From positions 69,563 to 133,562 of the forward strand of contig JAAZGO010000010.1 in assembly GCA_012511175.1 (NCBI GenBank): 64,000 bases of DNA, given 5' to 3'. Positions 53,174 through 62,855 of this stretch are shown piece after piece; within the stretch, counting starts at the first letter, position 1, and each line of letters opens with the position of its first letter. The translations under genes and the position numbers were made by a program. This DNA comes from Fastidiosipila sp. Lineage in GTDB: Bacteria; Bacillota; Clostridia; Saccharofermentanales; DTU023. The notes under the pieces were generated by a model. It saw nothing but the letters and a program-made list of their open reading frames with translations. It ran no database searches and was not told where the DNA came from.

Positions 53174-54262
53174 ATGGAAAAGAATGGGAAAAAGAATGGC
53201 AGCCCGGAAACTTCCGGCCGCGGTGTCCTGCTGGGTCTTTCCGGCGGCGTTGACAGCGCGGCCGCCGCGATTCTTCTTAAGGGGCAAGGTTGCCATGTCA
53301 CCGCGGTGACATTGAGAACCTGGCAGGAAGACGGGACGGATGGCCCGAGGGTTGAGCGGGCAGTCAACCTGGCCCGGCTGCTTGAAATTCCGCACAGGGT
53401 TGTTGACGCCAGACAGGCCTTTTACGAGCAGGTGGTCCTGCCATTCATGGAAGGCTGGAAGCGCGGCCTGACGCCCAATCCCTGCGTCATGTGCAACCCC
53501 GGCTTCAAATTTGCCTTGATGAGTGAACTGGCGGATGAGCTGGGCATTCAATACCTGGCGACCGGCCATTACGCGCGAATTTTCGAGACCGCCCAGGGGA
53601 TCCGGCTCGGTCGCGCCGGTTGCAGGCGTCACGATCAGAGCTATTTCCTTTACCGGCTCAATTCTTCAATGTTGAGGCGGATTCTTTTCCCCCTTGGGGA
53701 GTTGTCCAAAGAGGACGCGCGCCGGCTGGCGGGTGACTTGCAGGGCCCCCTGTCAGAAGTCAGGGACAGCCAGGACATCTGTTTTATCGAAAAAAACCAG
53801 CTGAAGGCCTTTCTCCGCCGCCAGGGCATGGAAGAGAAAAGTGGGTTTTTTCTCGATCCGGCGGGAGAAGTGATTGGCGAACACAAGGGCAGCTGGCAGT
53901 ATACGATCGGTCAGCGCCGTCATCTTGGACAGTCTTTTGGCAGGCGCATGACCGTGCTTGCCGCGGACCACCTGCTAAATACGGTGACGCTTGGCGGAGA
54001 AGATGAAGCCTTGATGAAGCAAGTCCATTTGGTTGACCTGGTTCTGGCTGATCCCCGGACAGATTCCTTCCGCGCCGAGGTTCAGCTCCGGTCTCAAGGC
54101 AGGCCGCATGGCGCGACAGTTGAGGCAGTACCGGATGCCGGAGAGGCGACCGTCCGCTTTGATATGCCGGTGCGGATCACGGCGCCGGGGCAGTCGGCTG
54201 TATTTTACGATGGCGACCTGGTTTTGGGCGGCGGCCTTGTGGCCGGAATGACTCTGGAATAG
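53174..54262 (+). CDS. mnmA: tRNA 2-thiouridine(34) synthase MnmA
   Basis: 362 aa. It has a PP-loop LLGLSGGVDSAAAA, the catalytic Cys context NPCVMCN, and GHYAR. Confidence 0.92.
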   Translation: MEKNGKKNGSPETSGRGVLLGLSGGVDSAAAAILLKGQGCHVTAVTLRTWQEDGTDGPRVERAVNLARLLEIPHRVVDARQAFYEQVVLPFMEGWKRGLTPNPCVMCNPGFKFALMSELADELGIQYLATGHYARIFETAQGIRLGRAGCRRHDQSYFLYRLNSSMLRRILFPLGELSKEDARRLAGDLQGPLSEVRDSQDICFIEKNQLKAFLRRQGMEEKSGFFLDPAGEVIGEHKGSWQYTIGQRRHLGQSFGRRMTVLAADHLLNTVTLGGEDEALMKQVHLVDLVLADPRTDSFRAEVQLRSQGRPHGATVEAVPDAGEATVRFDMPVRITAPGQSAVFYDGDLVLGGGLVAGMTLE

Positions 54263-54284
54263 GCTTCCGCGGGGCCTTTTTGCC

Positions 54285-54313
54285 TTGAATTTTTTGGCTT
54301 TTCAAGGTATAAT
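54285..54313 (+). promoter_or_regulatory. veg promoter (near-consensus sigma-A)
   Basis: TTGAAT (54285-54290), 17-nt spacer, TATAAT (54308-54313). Confidence 0.6.
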
Positions 54314-54369
54314 GCGGTTTGATGGACACATGTGTGCCTTTGACATATTTTCTGGAGGAGTAAACGCAA

Positions 54370-54654
54370 TTGATTGCAAAATCTGAGTTGGCTTCATGCC
54401 GAGCTGAACTGGAAGAACGCCTTGGACAACGTATCATGCTTAAGTCAAACGGAGGGCGTCGCCGCACGGTTATACACGAAGGATATCTTGAAAACTGCTC
54501 AGCCAACGTTTTTACTGTTTGCTGCCCTGTAAGCCCAACCTACAGCGAACATGTCTGCTTCAGCTACATCGACCTCCTGACCAAGGTGGTCGAGATCGCT
54601 TTTGATGATGACAGTCTCGAAAGGCTGCTTCTTCAGACAGAGGACAGCCCCTAA
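54370..54654 (+). CDS. veg: Veg family protein
   Basis: 94 aa with a TTG start behind GGAGGAG. Veg/DUF1021 pattern: LGQRIMLKSNGGRRRTVIHEGYLENCSANVF. Confidence 0.85.
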   Translation: MIAKSELASCRAELEERLGQRIMLKSNGGRRRTVIHEGYLENCSANVFTVCCPVSPTYSEHVCFSYIDLLTKVVEIAFDDDSLERLLLQTEDSP

Positions 54655-54657
54655 ACT

Positions 54658-55638
54658 GTGATCGCAATTCATCCCTGCCGGTCGATCGAAATTGCCCGGG
54701 CCAAGGTTAATCTGTCCTTGACGGTTTTGTTTCGCCGGCAGGACGGCTACCACGAGCTCACCGGCCTGATGGCGACAACCGGTCTTGCTGATCGTCTCCA
54801 CCTGTCGCTGGAAGGGGCAGTCAAGCCGGGTCACAGCTGGGAGATTACTGTCGATGCCGGAAATCTTCCCGCCGGTGAGGGAAACCTGTGCCACAAGGCA
54901 GCCCGTCTGTTTTTTGAGGCGGCCGGTATTGATCCGGCCTCCATCATTTTTGTTTGCCGCCTTGAAAAAAAGATTCCAACGGCCGCCGGTCTTGGCGGCG
55001 GAAGCGCTGATGCCGCGGCGGTTTTGCGTTTCCTTTGGAGGAGCTGGTGGCAGGGTTTGGCCCAATCACTCCGCATTGACCCCGGAAGGCTTACCAGGGA
55101 CAGCCTTGAGCGCATAGCCTTGGCCTGCGGTGCTGATGTACCTTTCTGTCTTCAAGGCGGTATTCGTTTTTGCGAGGGGGTGGGTGAGCGGATGTCCCCT
55201 TCCATTGCCAGCCCCGCCTATCCACTTTTGCTGGCCCTGCCCCCCCTGGAGATCCGTACTGCCAACGCTTTCAGCCTGCTCGATGAAAGCAGACAGGCCG
55301 GAGCCGGTCAAAGGGTGTCTGACCGCCAGCCGGCCGCTCTATCGAAGTGGGTGGAGGTACTCGAGAAGGATGACCGGCCCGCACTGGGAGTGATGGTACA
55401 AAACGATTTTCTTGAAATTCATGAGGGCCGCGCAAGCGACATACCGCTGATCATCCGGGATCTGCGCCGGGCGGGCGCATTCGCAGCCTCCATGACCGGA
55501 AGCGGTCCCGCCTGTTTCGGGCTCTTCGAGAGTCAGGCGGAAATGAAAAGGGCCCGGGAGATTCTGACCGTGAAACATCCGGCAATCAGCTGGATCATGA
55601 CGGCACTGTCGCCTTCAACCGAAGACCTGATTCGCTAA
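54658..55638 (+). CDS. ispE: 4-diphosphocytidyl-2-C-methyl-D-erythritol kinase IspE
   Basis: Contains AKVNLSLTVLFRRQDGYHEL and the GHMP kinase motif IPTAAGLGGGSADAAA. GTG start. Confidence 0.88.
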   Translation: MIAIHPCRSIEIARAKVNLSLTVLFRRQDGYHELTGLMATTGLADRLHLSLEGAVKPGHSWEITVDAGNLPAGEGNLCHKAARLFFEAAGIDPASIIFVCRLEKKIPTAAGLGGGSADAAAVLRFLWRSWWQGLAQSLRIDPGRLTRDSLERIALACGADVPFCLQGGIRFCEGVGERMSPSIASPAYPLLLALPPLEIRTANAFSLLDESRQAGAGQRVSDRQPAALSKWVEVLEKDDRPALGVMVQNDFLEIHEGRASDIPLIIRDLRRAGAFAASMTGSGPACFGLFESQAEMKRAREILTVKHPAISWIMTALSPSTEDLIR

Positions 55639-56081
55639 AATTGATCGGTGTCGAGCCAGATGGTGAAAGGGCCGTCGTTGGTCAGGCTGACTTTCATCTC
55701 AGCGCCGAAGGAACCGGTCCGGACAATGGGAACGTCCCGTTTTGCCAGTTCGACAAAATAGAGGTAAAGTTCCTCACCTCTGCCGGGCGGCGCCGCCCGG
55801 GTGAAGCTGGGCCGGTTTCCCTTCCTCGTGTCAGCCATCAGAGTAAACTGCGAAACCACCATGATCTGCCCCTCCACGGCTGCCAGATCGAGATTGGTTT
55901 TTCCCTCCTGATCTTTGAAGATCCTCAGTTTGTTGATCTTTTGCCAAAGGCGCGCGCAGCTTTCCTCATCATCCCCGGCTCCGACGCCAAGGAGAATGAG
56001 AAAACCCGGCCCGATGGCCGATTCGAAACCGTTATCGCAATGGACGGAGGCCTCGCTTACCCGTTGGATCAGTGCGCGCAC
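55635..56081 (-). CDS. dtd: D-aminoacyl-tRNA deacylase
   Basis: 148 aa. Contains MRALIQRVSEASV, SQFTLMADTRKGNRPSF and GAEMKVSLTNDGP. Confidence 0.93.
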   Translation of the reverse strand: MRALIQRVSEASVHCDNGFESAIGPGFLILLGVGAGDDEESCARLWQKINKLRIFKDQEGKTNLDLAAVEGQIMVVSQFTLMADTRKGNRPSFTRAAPPGRGEELYLYFVELAKRDVPIVRTGSFGAEMKVSLTNDGPFTIWLDTDQF

Positions 56082-56324
56082 GTCTTTTACCTCTTTTCTT
56101 TGATCAAATCAGTGCATAAACACCCATTTCATGGTAGCATGCTCCTACATCATTAAGCTGTATTCCGAACAGGAAGATTTCGGGTAGCAGATTTTTTTCA
56201 CCGTGACGGACAGGATTTCAAGCTTGCGAAGGCAAATATACACAAAAAATTGCAAGGTTATGGGACTGTAACTGCTTGTAAAGGGGCTTAATGCCTGCTA
56301 TTTTGCAATAAATATTCAGATAGG

Positions 56325-56353
56325 TTGATTTCTCATAAACAATAAGTTATACT
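56325..56353 (+). promoter_or_regulatory. candidate promoter of the type IV pilus operon
   Basis: TTGATT (56325-56330), 17-nt spacer, TATACT (56348-56353), within a 330-bp AT-rich gap. Confidence 0.4.
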
Positions 56354-56410
56354 TTTCGAACAGTTAGTATTACGACATCATGACCTAACCAGTACGAAGG
56401 GGCGAATGAA

Positions 56411-58012
56411 GTGTCATCAGAGGATCGCATCAGCAGCGATAAGCTGGAAGAAATTATCGCGCTGGAAGGCATGGTCGATAATGGCAAGCTTAATCTGGCG
56501 ATTGCCAGCCAGATGGGCATCCCCCTGGTCGACCTGAAAACGCAGCGCCTGGACGATTCCGTTGGCGGGCTGATTCCCGAGTCAATCGCCAGACGCTACA
56601 CCGTTTTTCCCATCGCCGTCAAAGATAACGACATTACCATCGCTGTTCATGACCCACGGGATATTATGGCCATTGACGATGTCCAGCTGGCGACAGGCAA
56701 GCGCGTATCGGTTGTTCTTTCCGAGAAGGCGGACATCATCAATCTGATCAACCGCTTTTACGACTACAGTGATGAGGCCAGCCAGGCCGTTGAGGAGTAC
56801 TCGGCTGATCTGAAGCAGGACATCAAGGAGTTCACGGAAAGTGAGGACGTCAGCGCCTCCCCTGTGGTGCGCCTTGTCAACACCGTGATTATCCAGGCCA
56901 GCAAAATGAGGGCCAGTGATATCCACCTGGAACCCCTTGAGCACGATGTGCGGATCCGTTACCGGATTGACGGCGAGCTGCGCGAGATCATGAAGGTCAA
57001 CAAGGCCATGTACAATTCCATGGTGATCCGGATCAAGGTGATCGGGGGCATGGATATCTCAGAGCGGAGAAAACCGCAGGACGGCCGCGTGGAGACCACG
57101 GTGGACGGCAAAATCCTTGACCTGCGGATCTCCATCCTGCCGACTGTTTTCGGCGAGAAGGTGGTCCTCCGTCTGCTTGACCGCAGCTCGACCCTGATGA
57201 CCAAGCAAGAACTGGGTTTCAGCCAGACCAATATTGACCGCTTCAACCAGATTATCAGCGCCCCGGAGGGAATTATCCTCTTGACAGGCCCGACGGGGAG
57301 CGGCAAGACGACAACGCTTTATGCGGTTCTTGCGGAAATGAACGCAATAACGAAAAACATCATTACCGTGGAAGATCCGGTCGAGTACCGGCTTGACGGA
57401 ATCAATCAGGTTCAGGTCAATATCCGGGCCGGCCTTACCTTTGCCTCGGGCCTGCGTTCCATTTTGCGGCAGGACCCCGACATTGTCATGGTGGGTGAGA
57501 TCCGGGATACGGAAACGGCCCAGATCGCCTTCCGGGCCGCCATCACCGGCCACGTGGTCTTATCCACCCTGCACACCAATGACACGGTCAGCTCCCTGAC
57601 CCGGCTGGTCGATATGGAAGTTCCCGCCTACCTGGTCTCAACGGCGGTCGTGGGCATTGTGGCCCAGCGGCTGGTAAAAAAACTTTGCAATCACTGCAAG
57701 CAGCCTTATCAAACCAGTCAGGCCGAGATGTCCCTGCTGGGGATTACGGAGCCTGTGACCATCTACCGCCATAAGGGCTGCAATGAATGCGGCCAGACCG
57801 GTTATCAGGGCCGGACGGCCATTCACGAGGTGCTGGTCATGAACCGGCATATCAGGGATATGATCACTCAGAACAAGTCGGTCGACGAGGTCAAGGATGC
57901 CGCCATGAAGGATGGCATGCATACCCTTCACCAGTCGTGCGCGGAATTGGTCCTGAACGGCAAAACGACCATTGACCAGCTGATCAGGGTCACCCAGGCA
58001 GAGGACGATTAA
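56411..58012 (+). CDS. pilB: type IV pilus assembly (extension) ATPase PilB / GspE family
   Basis: 533 aa. It has an N-terminal T2SSE_N-like domain, Walker A GPTGSGKTT, and a tetracysteine motif CNHC...CNEC. Confidence 0.9.
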   Translation: MSSEDRISSDKLEEIIALEGMVDNGKLNLAIASQMGIPLVDLKTQRLDDSVGGLIPESIARRYTVFPIAVKDNDITIAVHDPRDIMAIDDVQLATGKRVSVVLSEKADIINLINRFYDYSDEASQAVEEYSADLKQDIKEFTESEDVSASPVVRLVNTVIIQASKMRASDIHLEPLEHDVRIRYRIDGELREIMKVNKAMYNSMVIRIKVIGGMDISERRKPQDGRVETTVDGKILDLRISILPTVFGEKVVLRLLDRSSTLMTKQELGFSQTNIDRFNQIISAPEGIILLTGPTGSGKTTTLYAVLAEMNAITKNIITVEDPVEYRLDGINQVQVNIRAGLTFASGLRSILRQDPDIVMVGEIRDTETAQIAFRAAITGHVVLSTLHTNDTVSSLTRLVDMEVPAYLVSTAVVGIVAQRLVKKLCNHCKQPYQTSQAEMSLLGITEPVTIYRHKGCNECGQTGYQGRTAIHEVLVMNRHIRDMITQNKSVDEVKDAAMKDGMHTLHQSCAELVLNGKTTIDQLIRVTQAEDD

Positions 58013-58015
58013 GGC

Positions 58016-59125
58016 ATGAATCACAGGGAAATGGAAAAGTCAGTCAACGGCCACGCCGGCCCCGTCATCCCCATCCTGGACCGGGCCATTGCCGCGGGCG
58101 CCTCGGATATCCACTTGAGGCCGGAGCGTTCCCCCAGAATCCGGGTCAATACCATCTTGAACCCGCTCAAGGATTTTTTCCTGACAAGTGAGGAAATCCT
58201 GGATTTTGGCAAATCCTTCCTGACCGACTACAAGCTTGATGAGCTGCGGGACAAGGGCGAGGTGGATGCGTCGCTCGGCTACCGGGACAGGCGTTTCCGG
58301 GCCAACCTTTTTGCCCAGAAGGACGGCTACACCCTGGCCCTCCGCATGATCCCCATGGAAATTCCGTCCATGGAGGACCTCAATCTGCCGGAAGTCCTAA
58401 AAGATCTCTGCGAGAAAAAACGCGGTCTCATCCTGGTGACGGGACCGACCGGTTCCGGCAAGACAACGACCCTGGCCGCCATGATCAACTACATCAACGC
58501 GCGGCGCAAGGAGAATATTGTCACCATCGAGGATCCGATTGAATACCTCTACAAGGAACAGGAGTCCATGATCAGCCAGCGGGAACTGGGCGCCCACACG
58601 CGCTCCTTTGCCAACGCCCTGCGGGCATCCCTGAGGCAGGACCCCGACATCATCCTGGTCGGCGAGATGCGCGACCTGGATACGATTTCGGTTGCCCTGA
58701 CGGCGGCCGAGACGGGGCATGTGGTTCTCTCCACCCTTCATACGGTTGGAGCAGCCAATTCCATGGACCGGATCATTGACGTCTTTCCCGCCCATCAGCA
58801 GGCCCAGGTCCGCACCCAGCTGTCCAATGTCATCGAGGCCGTTGTCTCCCAGCAGCTGATGGCGTCCATTTCAGGCAATGAGATGATCCCCGCCATTGAG
58901 GTTATGCTGGGAACGCCGGCGGTCCGCAACGTCATCCGGGAGGGCAAGACCCATCAGATTCTTTCCATCCAGGAAGGCAGCGCCGCCCAGAAGATGATCA
59001 CCATGGACCGCGCCCTGGTCAATCTCTACCGCAGGGGTCTGATCTCCAAGGATACCGCCCTTCAGTACTCGGTCGACCGGACAGCCATCAGCCGGGAAAT
59101 CGGCATGCAAGTGAGGAACGGCTAA
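58016..59125 (+). CDS. pilT: type IV pilus retraction ATPase PilT
   Basis: 369 aa with GASDIHL, GPTGSGKTTT and VLSTLHT. It lacks the long N-terminal domain of PilB. Confidence 0.9.
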   Translation: MNHREMEKSVNGHAGPVIPILDRAIAAGASDIHLRPERSPRIRVNTILNPLKDFFLTSEEILDFGKSFLTDYKLDELRDKGEVDASLGYRDRRFRANLFAQKDGYTLALRMIPMEIPSMEDLNLPEVLKDLCEKKRGLILVTGPTGSGKTTTLAAMINYINARRKENIVTIEDPIEYLYKEQESMISQRELGAHTRSFANALRASLRQDPDIILVGEMRDLDTISVALTAAETGHVVLSTLHTVGAANSMDRIIDVFPAHQQAQVRTQLSNVIEAVVSQQLMASISGNEMIPAIEVMLGTPAVRNVIREGKTHQILSIQEGSAAQKMITMDRALVNLYRRGLISKDTALQYSVDRTAISREIGMQVRNG

Positions 59126-60340
59126 GTGGAAACTCTCTTTACTTACAGAGCGCTGACATCAGAGGGCACTGTTCAAGCAGGTGAGATGACAGCCAAGAGC
59201 GAATCCGAGGCCCTGGCCAAGATCCGGGCCCTGGGTCACACGCCCATCAAGGTCGAGGAAAAGGCCCAGACCTCACGCAAGGTGGGCGGTTCCCTGACGC
59301 GTCAGAAGGTCAAGCTGGATCACCTGAAAATTTTCTGTAAGCAGCTTGAAACCATGCTGAACGCAGGTTTATCGCTTCACAGCTCCCTCGATATCCTGGC
59401 CGAGCAGACGGAAAGCAAACAATTCGCCGAAATAATCAAGGAAGTCAATATCGCCATCCTGAAAGGCTCTTCGCTGTCCGAAGCCATGAAGAAGTACCCC
59501 AAAGTCTTCCCTGAGCTCATGGTCAGCCTGACCGCGGCCGGTGAAAAAAGCGGCCGCCTGGATGAAGTCATGGGAAGGCTGGCCGTCCAGTATGAGCGGG
59601 AGGCCAAGGTTAAGAACAAGATGCGGAACGCCATGATCTACCCGGCCATCCTGGGTATCATTACCGTCATCGCCATGGCTGTCATCATGATTTTTGTGGT
59701 ACCGACCTTTGTCGACATCTTTGAAAGCAATAATGTCCCCCTGCCCATGATCACCAAGATCGTCATCGCCATCAGCAGTTTCCTGGCCCAATACTGGTGG
59801 CTGCTTTTAACCCTGATCATCCTTGCAACAATTGCCTTGCGGTCGTATTATAAGACCCCGGGAGGACGGCGTTTCTTCGATCAAAGAAAGATGTCCTTCT
59901 TTCTAATTAAAAAGTCCATTGTGCGCATCAACGCCGCCCTCTTCACAAGGACTTTGTCAACACTTCTGGCCTCGGGCGTTCCCCTGATCGAATCTTTGGT
60001 ATCGGCGGGAGCGACTACCTCCAACATGATCATCGTGGATGCCATGGAGGAGATAACATCCGAACTTCGAAAGGGAGGCAGTCTCAGCAAGCTTTTGGAA
60101 AAATCCAAACTCTTCCCCTCCATGATGACCAGCATGATTGCTGTGGGAGAGGAATCGGGCGCCCTGGACGACATGTTGTTAAAAACGGCAGATTTCTACG
60201 ATGAAGAACTGGAGGATGCCATGCAAAGACTGGTGGCCTCCATCGAACCGGTCATGATTGTTGTCATGGGTGCCATCATCGGTTTTTTGGTTGCAGCTGT
60301 TATGCTCCCCATCTTCGGGATGAGCAGCACAGTTCAATAA
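59126..60340 (+). CDS. pilC: type IV pilus platform protein PilC (GspF family)
   Basis: 404 aa with two T2SSF repeats and three TM spans. GTG start immediately after the pilT stop. Confidence 0.9.
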   Translation: METLFTYRALTSEGTVQAGEMTAKSESEALAKIRALGHTPIKVEEKAQTSRKVGGSLTRQKVKLDHLKIFCKQLETMLNAGLSLHSSLDILAEQTESKQFAEIIKEVNIAILKGSSLSEAMKKYPKVFPELMVSLTAAGEKSGRLDEVMGRLAVQYEREAKVKNKMRNAMIYPAILGIITVIAMAVIMIFVVPTFVDIFESNNVPLPMITKIVIAISSFLAQYWWLLLTLIILATIALRSYYKTPGGRRFFDQRKMSFFLIKKSIVRINAALFTRTLSTLLASGVPLIESLVSAGATTSNMIIVDAMEEITSELRKGGSLSKLLEKSKLFPSMMTSMIAVGEESGALDDMLLKTADFYDEELEDAMQRLVASIEPVMIVVMGAIIGFLVAAVMLPIFGMSSTVQ

Positions 60341-60372
60341 TATAACCCCAAATAAACAGGAGGAAAAGAACA

Positions 60373-60786
60373 ATGAAGGGACTTCAAAAGAAAAGAAAGG
60401 GTTTCACCCTGGTCGAGTTGGTGGTGGTCATCGTTATCATTGCCATTCTGGCAGCGGTGGCCCTGCTGAGCTTCGGTGACTTCACCAAGACGGCAAGGGA
60501 TTCGAGAATTAGATCGGAGCATGCGCAACTGGTTAGTGCCGGCAACATGTGGCGGGCAGCCAATGCTCATGATCCTGATGCGGGAGTACCAGACATCTAT
60601 GATCTTTTGGAATTCATGGATACTCATAAACCAATACTGGGATATGAGTACAATGAAACTACAGACAAATGGGGTGAAAAGGGGGCTGATAGGCCACATA
60701 CAATCGACGAACACGGTATGCTAAAATCGGTCACTTCAGACGATAATGAAGTGCTTGAGTATTCATTCGAAGCGGTAACACCATAA
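60373..60786 (+). CDS. pilA: prepilin-type major pilin
   Basis: MKGLQKKRKG/FTLVELVVVIVIIAILAA is a class III signal peptide with Glu at +5. 137 aa, AGGAGG RBS. Confidence 0.85.
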   Translation: MKGLQKKRKGFTLVELVVVIVIIAILAAVALLSFGDFTKTARDSRIRSEHAQLVSAGNMWRAANAHDPDAGVPDIYDLLEFMDTHKPILGYEYNETTDKWGEKGADRPHTIDEHGMLKSVTSDDNEVLEYSFEAVTP

Positions 60787-60931
60787 GAAGAACCAGGAAA
60801 GCCATAAGGATGAGATTAGTGGTTAGGCTTGGCAATTTGGGAGAATCCTAGCGACCGTTGCTGAGTTTATGTTACTCTCACAGGCTATCGTCATTTGAGG
60901 AAAACGTGTGATCGATCGGAAGGAACACGGA

Positions 60932-61405
60932 ATGAAGATGTACCGTTCCAGACGCAAGGGCATGGTCCTGGCCATGGTCGTTGTCTTAATGGTCGTCATT
61001 TCCGTGTTCTTTTTGATCGCCATGAACCTGCTTCAGACCAACACCAAGATCTCCCAGGCCCAATATGAGATCTCCAAGGCTTATTACCTGGCCCGGGCGG
61101 GTGCCGAGATGGGCTACGGCGCCCTTCAGGCGGACGGCCATGAGATGTTTTATGCTCAAAAGACTGTAGCAGAAAACTGTGTCAGCCGGAAGATTGACCC
61201 ACCCAGTACTTACACGACCGATACCCTCGTCTTCGACGGCCACGACGTGGAAGTCAAGATGCGGCTCATCAGGCAGGGAAGTGAACAGATCCTGGAGAAC
61301 TACTTTATTGAGATTATTTCTTCAGCCACACTTCCGGACGCTTCCAAGACAGTCAGTATTTTGGTCAGCGTCAGCGATATTAATCTCAAATGGATGAGTG
61401 GATAA
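60932..61405 (+). CDS. PilX-N-like minor pilin/pilus assembly protein
   Basis: ORF 60908..61405 trimmed to ATG 60932. KGMVLAMVVVLMVVISVFFLIAMNLL...AYYLARAGAEMG matches the PilX N-terminal pattern. Confidence 0.55.
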   Translation: MKMYRSRRKGMVLAMVVVLMVVISVFFLIAMNLLQTNTKISQAQYEISKAYYLARAGAEMGYGALQADGHEMFYAQKTVAENCVSRKIDPPSTYTTDTLVFDGHDVEVKMRLIRQGSEQILENYFIEIISSATLPDASKTVSILVSVSDINLKWMSG

Positions 61406-61409
61406 GACC

Positions 61410-62855
61410 ATGAAAACGAATATGAAAAGACGAAGGGGCTTTACCCTGGTCGAACTGATTATCACGATTGTGGTGGTTGGGATCATTCTTTTGACCCTGA
61501 CCGGTTTTTTAACGAATGGCCTTTCCTACCACGCCTATAACTCCAGAGAATTTTCGGTTCAAACCGATGTCAAGTATGTTGCGACCCACGTGGGTCAGCA
61601 GATTAAAAACGCCACCGTCACTTTTATTGTAACTGCCGACGACTATTCAGGCCGGGCCGAGGGGCTTACTCCGGGCTGGAACTACATCGGCCAGAATGAG
61701 GCGGGCACTCAGCTGGTCGAGTTTATCTACAACAAGAATACGGGGAAACATGATAAGCGTGTCCTGACCCAGGGTGCCCCCGGCATGAAATATGAAGTTA
61801 TTTTTGACAAGGACAATGAAACAGACGATAAATTAGTTGCGTTTGATGTCACCGGCTGGCTGGAACAGCGTACATCATCAGCGGGGGGTGACCACCGTTA
61901 TTCTTTAAACTCACGGGTCAGCGCGGACAGATCCAACATGGTCTTCAGCAGGGCGACACCGACGAAACCGGGAATTGCCCTGGCCCACAGGAGCGATCCC
62001 ATTCCCAAGGGCCTGCAAATCAATCTGACCATGGTTCTGGACAATTCCGGCAGCATGGCCTGGGATATGTACGGCAATGATGGGAGGGGCGCCGGTACCA
62101 GGCGGATTGAAATTCTTAAAGAAGAAACCCATAAATTGATTGACGATTTTGCCTCCATTGGTTTCGTCAATATCGTCCTGTCACCCTTCGGTTCAGAGGC
62201 GCGCCATACTTCTCGGAGGCTTTACAACATCGTCAGCGATCGGGAGACCATTGATAACGCGATTGACGCCATGAACGCGGACGGAGGAACCAATGTGGGG
62301 GACGGCATGCGGACCGGCTTTCACAAGATGTTTGACTCAAGCGGCCGTGATCCGCTGCTTGAGCAAAAAGACTACGCCATCATCCTGACGGATGGGGCGG
62401 CCAATGGCTACACCATCAAGTCTGAATATGCGCCAACCAAGGGTCAAGGCAAAGGTTCAGGTCCGGGTCATGGTCATGGCGGCGGAGGTGGGCAATATCA
62501 GGATCCCTATAAAGGGAGAGACTACCCCGAAGACGCCTATCCCATTGGTCCGACCTTGCCTCAAGGCGCTCAAACCGGAGGCGGTTATAACGATGAACCC
62601 GATCCGACACGAGCCAAGACTTATATCAGGCTGGTTTATAACCATTTCGGCGACCGGCTTGACAAGGTCTTTGTGATTGGATTTTCTGCCCTCCGTAACG
62701 ACAAAATCATGGGCAATACCATCGGAACCCTGACAGGCGGCGGGAACCCCGCTTCCAACTACTATGACGCTTCCAGCTCGGATGAACTGCGCGCCATCTA
62801 CAAATCCATCCGTGATGAGATCACGAGGGAACTTTGGTATGTCATGGGTCCCTAA
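61410..62855 (+). CDS. modular type IV minor pilin with C-terminal vWA domain
   Basis: The prepilin signal is MKTNMKRRRG/FTLVELIITIVVVG. The vWA MIDAS motif is MVLDNSGSM, followed by ADGGTNVGDG and IILTDGAANG. A Gly/His-rich insert (GKGSGPGHGHGGGGGQ) is present. The ORF in the track starts at 61398. Confidence 0.85.
   Translation: MKTNMKRRRGFTLVELIITIVVVGIILLTLTGFLTNGLSYHAYNSREFSVQTDVKYVATHVGQQIKNATVTFIVTADDYSGRAEGLTPGWNYIGQNEAGTQLVEFIYNKNTGKHDKRVLTQGAPGMKYEVIFDKDNETDDKLVAFDVTGWLEQRTSSAGGDHRYSLNSRVSADRSNMVFSRATPTKPGIALAHRSDPIPKGLQINLTMVLDNSGSMAWDMYGNDGRGAGTRRIEILKEETHKLIDDFASIGFVNIVLSPFGSEARHTSRRLYNIVSDRETIDNAIDAMNADGGTNVGDGMRTGFHKMFDSSGRDPLLEQKDYAIILTDGAANGYTIKSEYAPTKGQGKGSGPGHGHGGGGGQYQDPYKGRDYPEDAYPIGPTLPQGAQTGGGYNDEPDPTRAKTYIRLVYNHFGDRLDKVFVIGFSALRNDKIMGNTIGTLTGGGNPASNYYDASSSDELRAIYKSIRDEITRELWYVMGP

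Noticed and set aside
56082-56410. A c-di-GMP riboswitch upstream of the pilus operon, as known for some clostridial pilA genes.
   Set aside because: GGCAAA and GGGAC fragments are present. The conserved ACGCAAAGC/tetraloop-receptor arrangement is not, and I could not draw a convincing fold. It needs cmscan before any claim.
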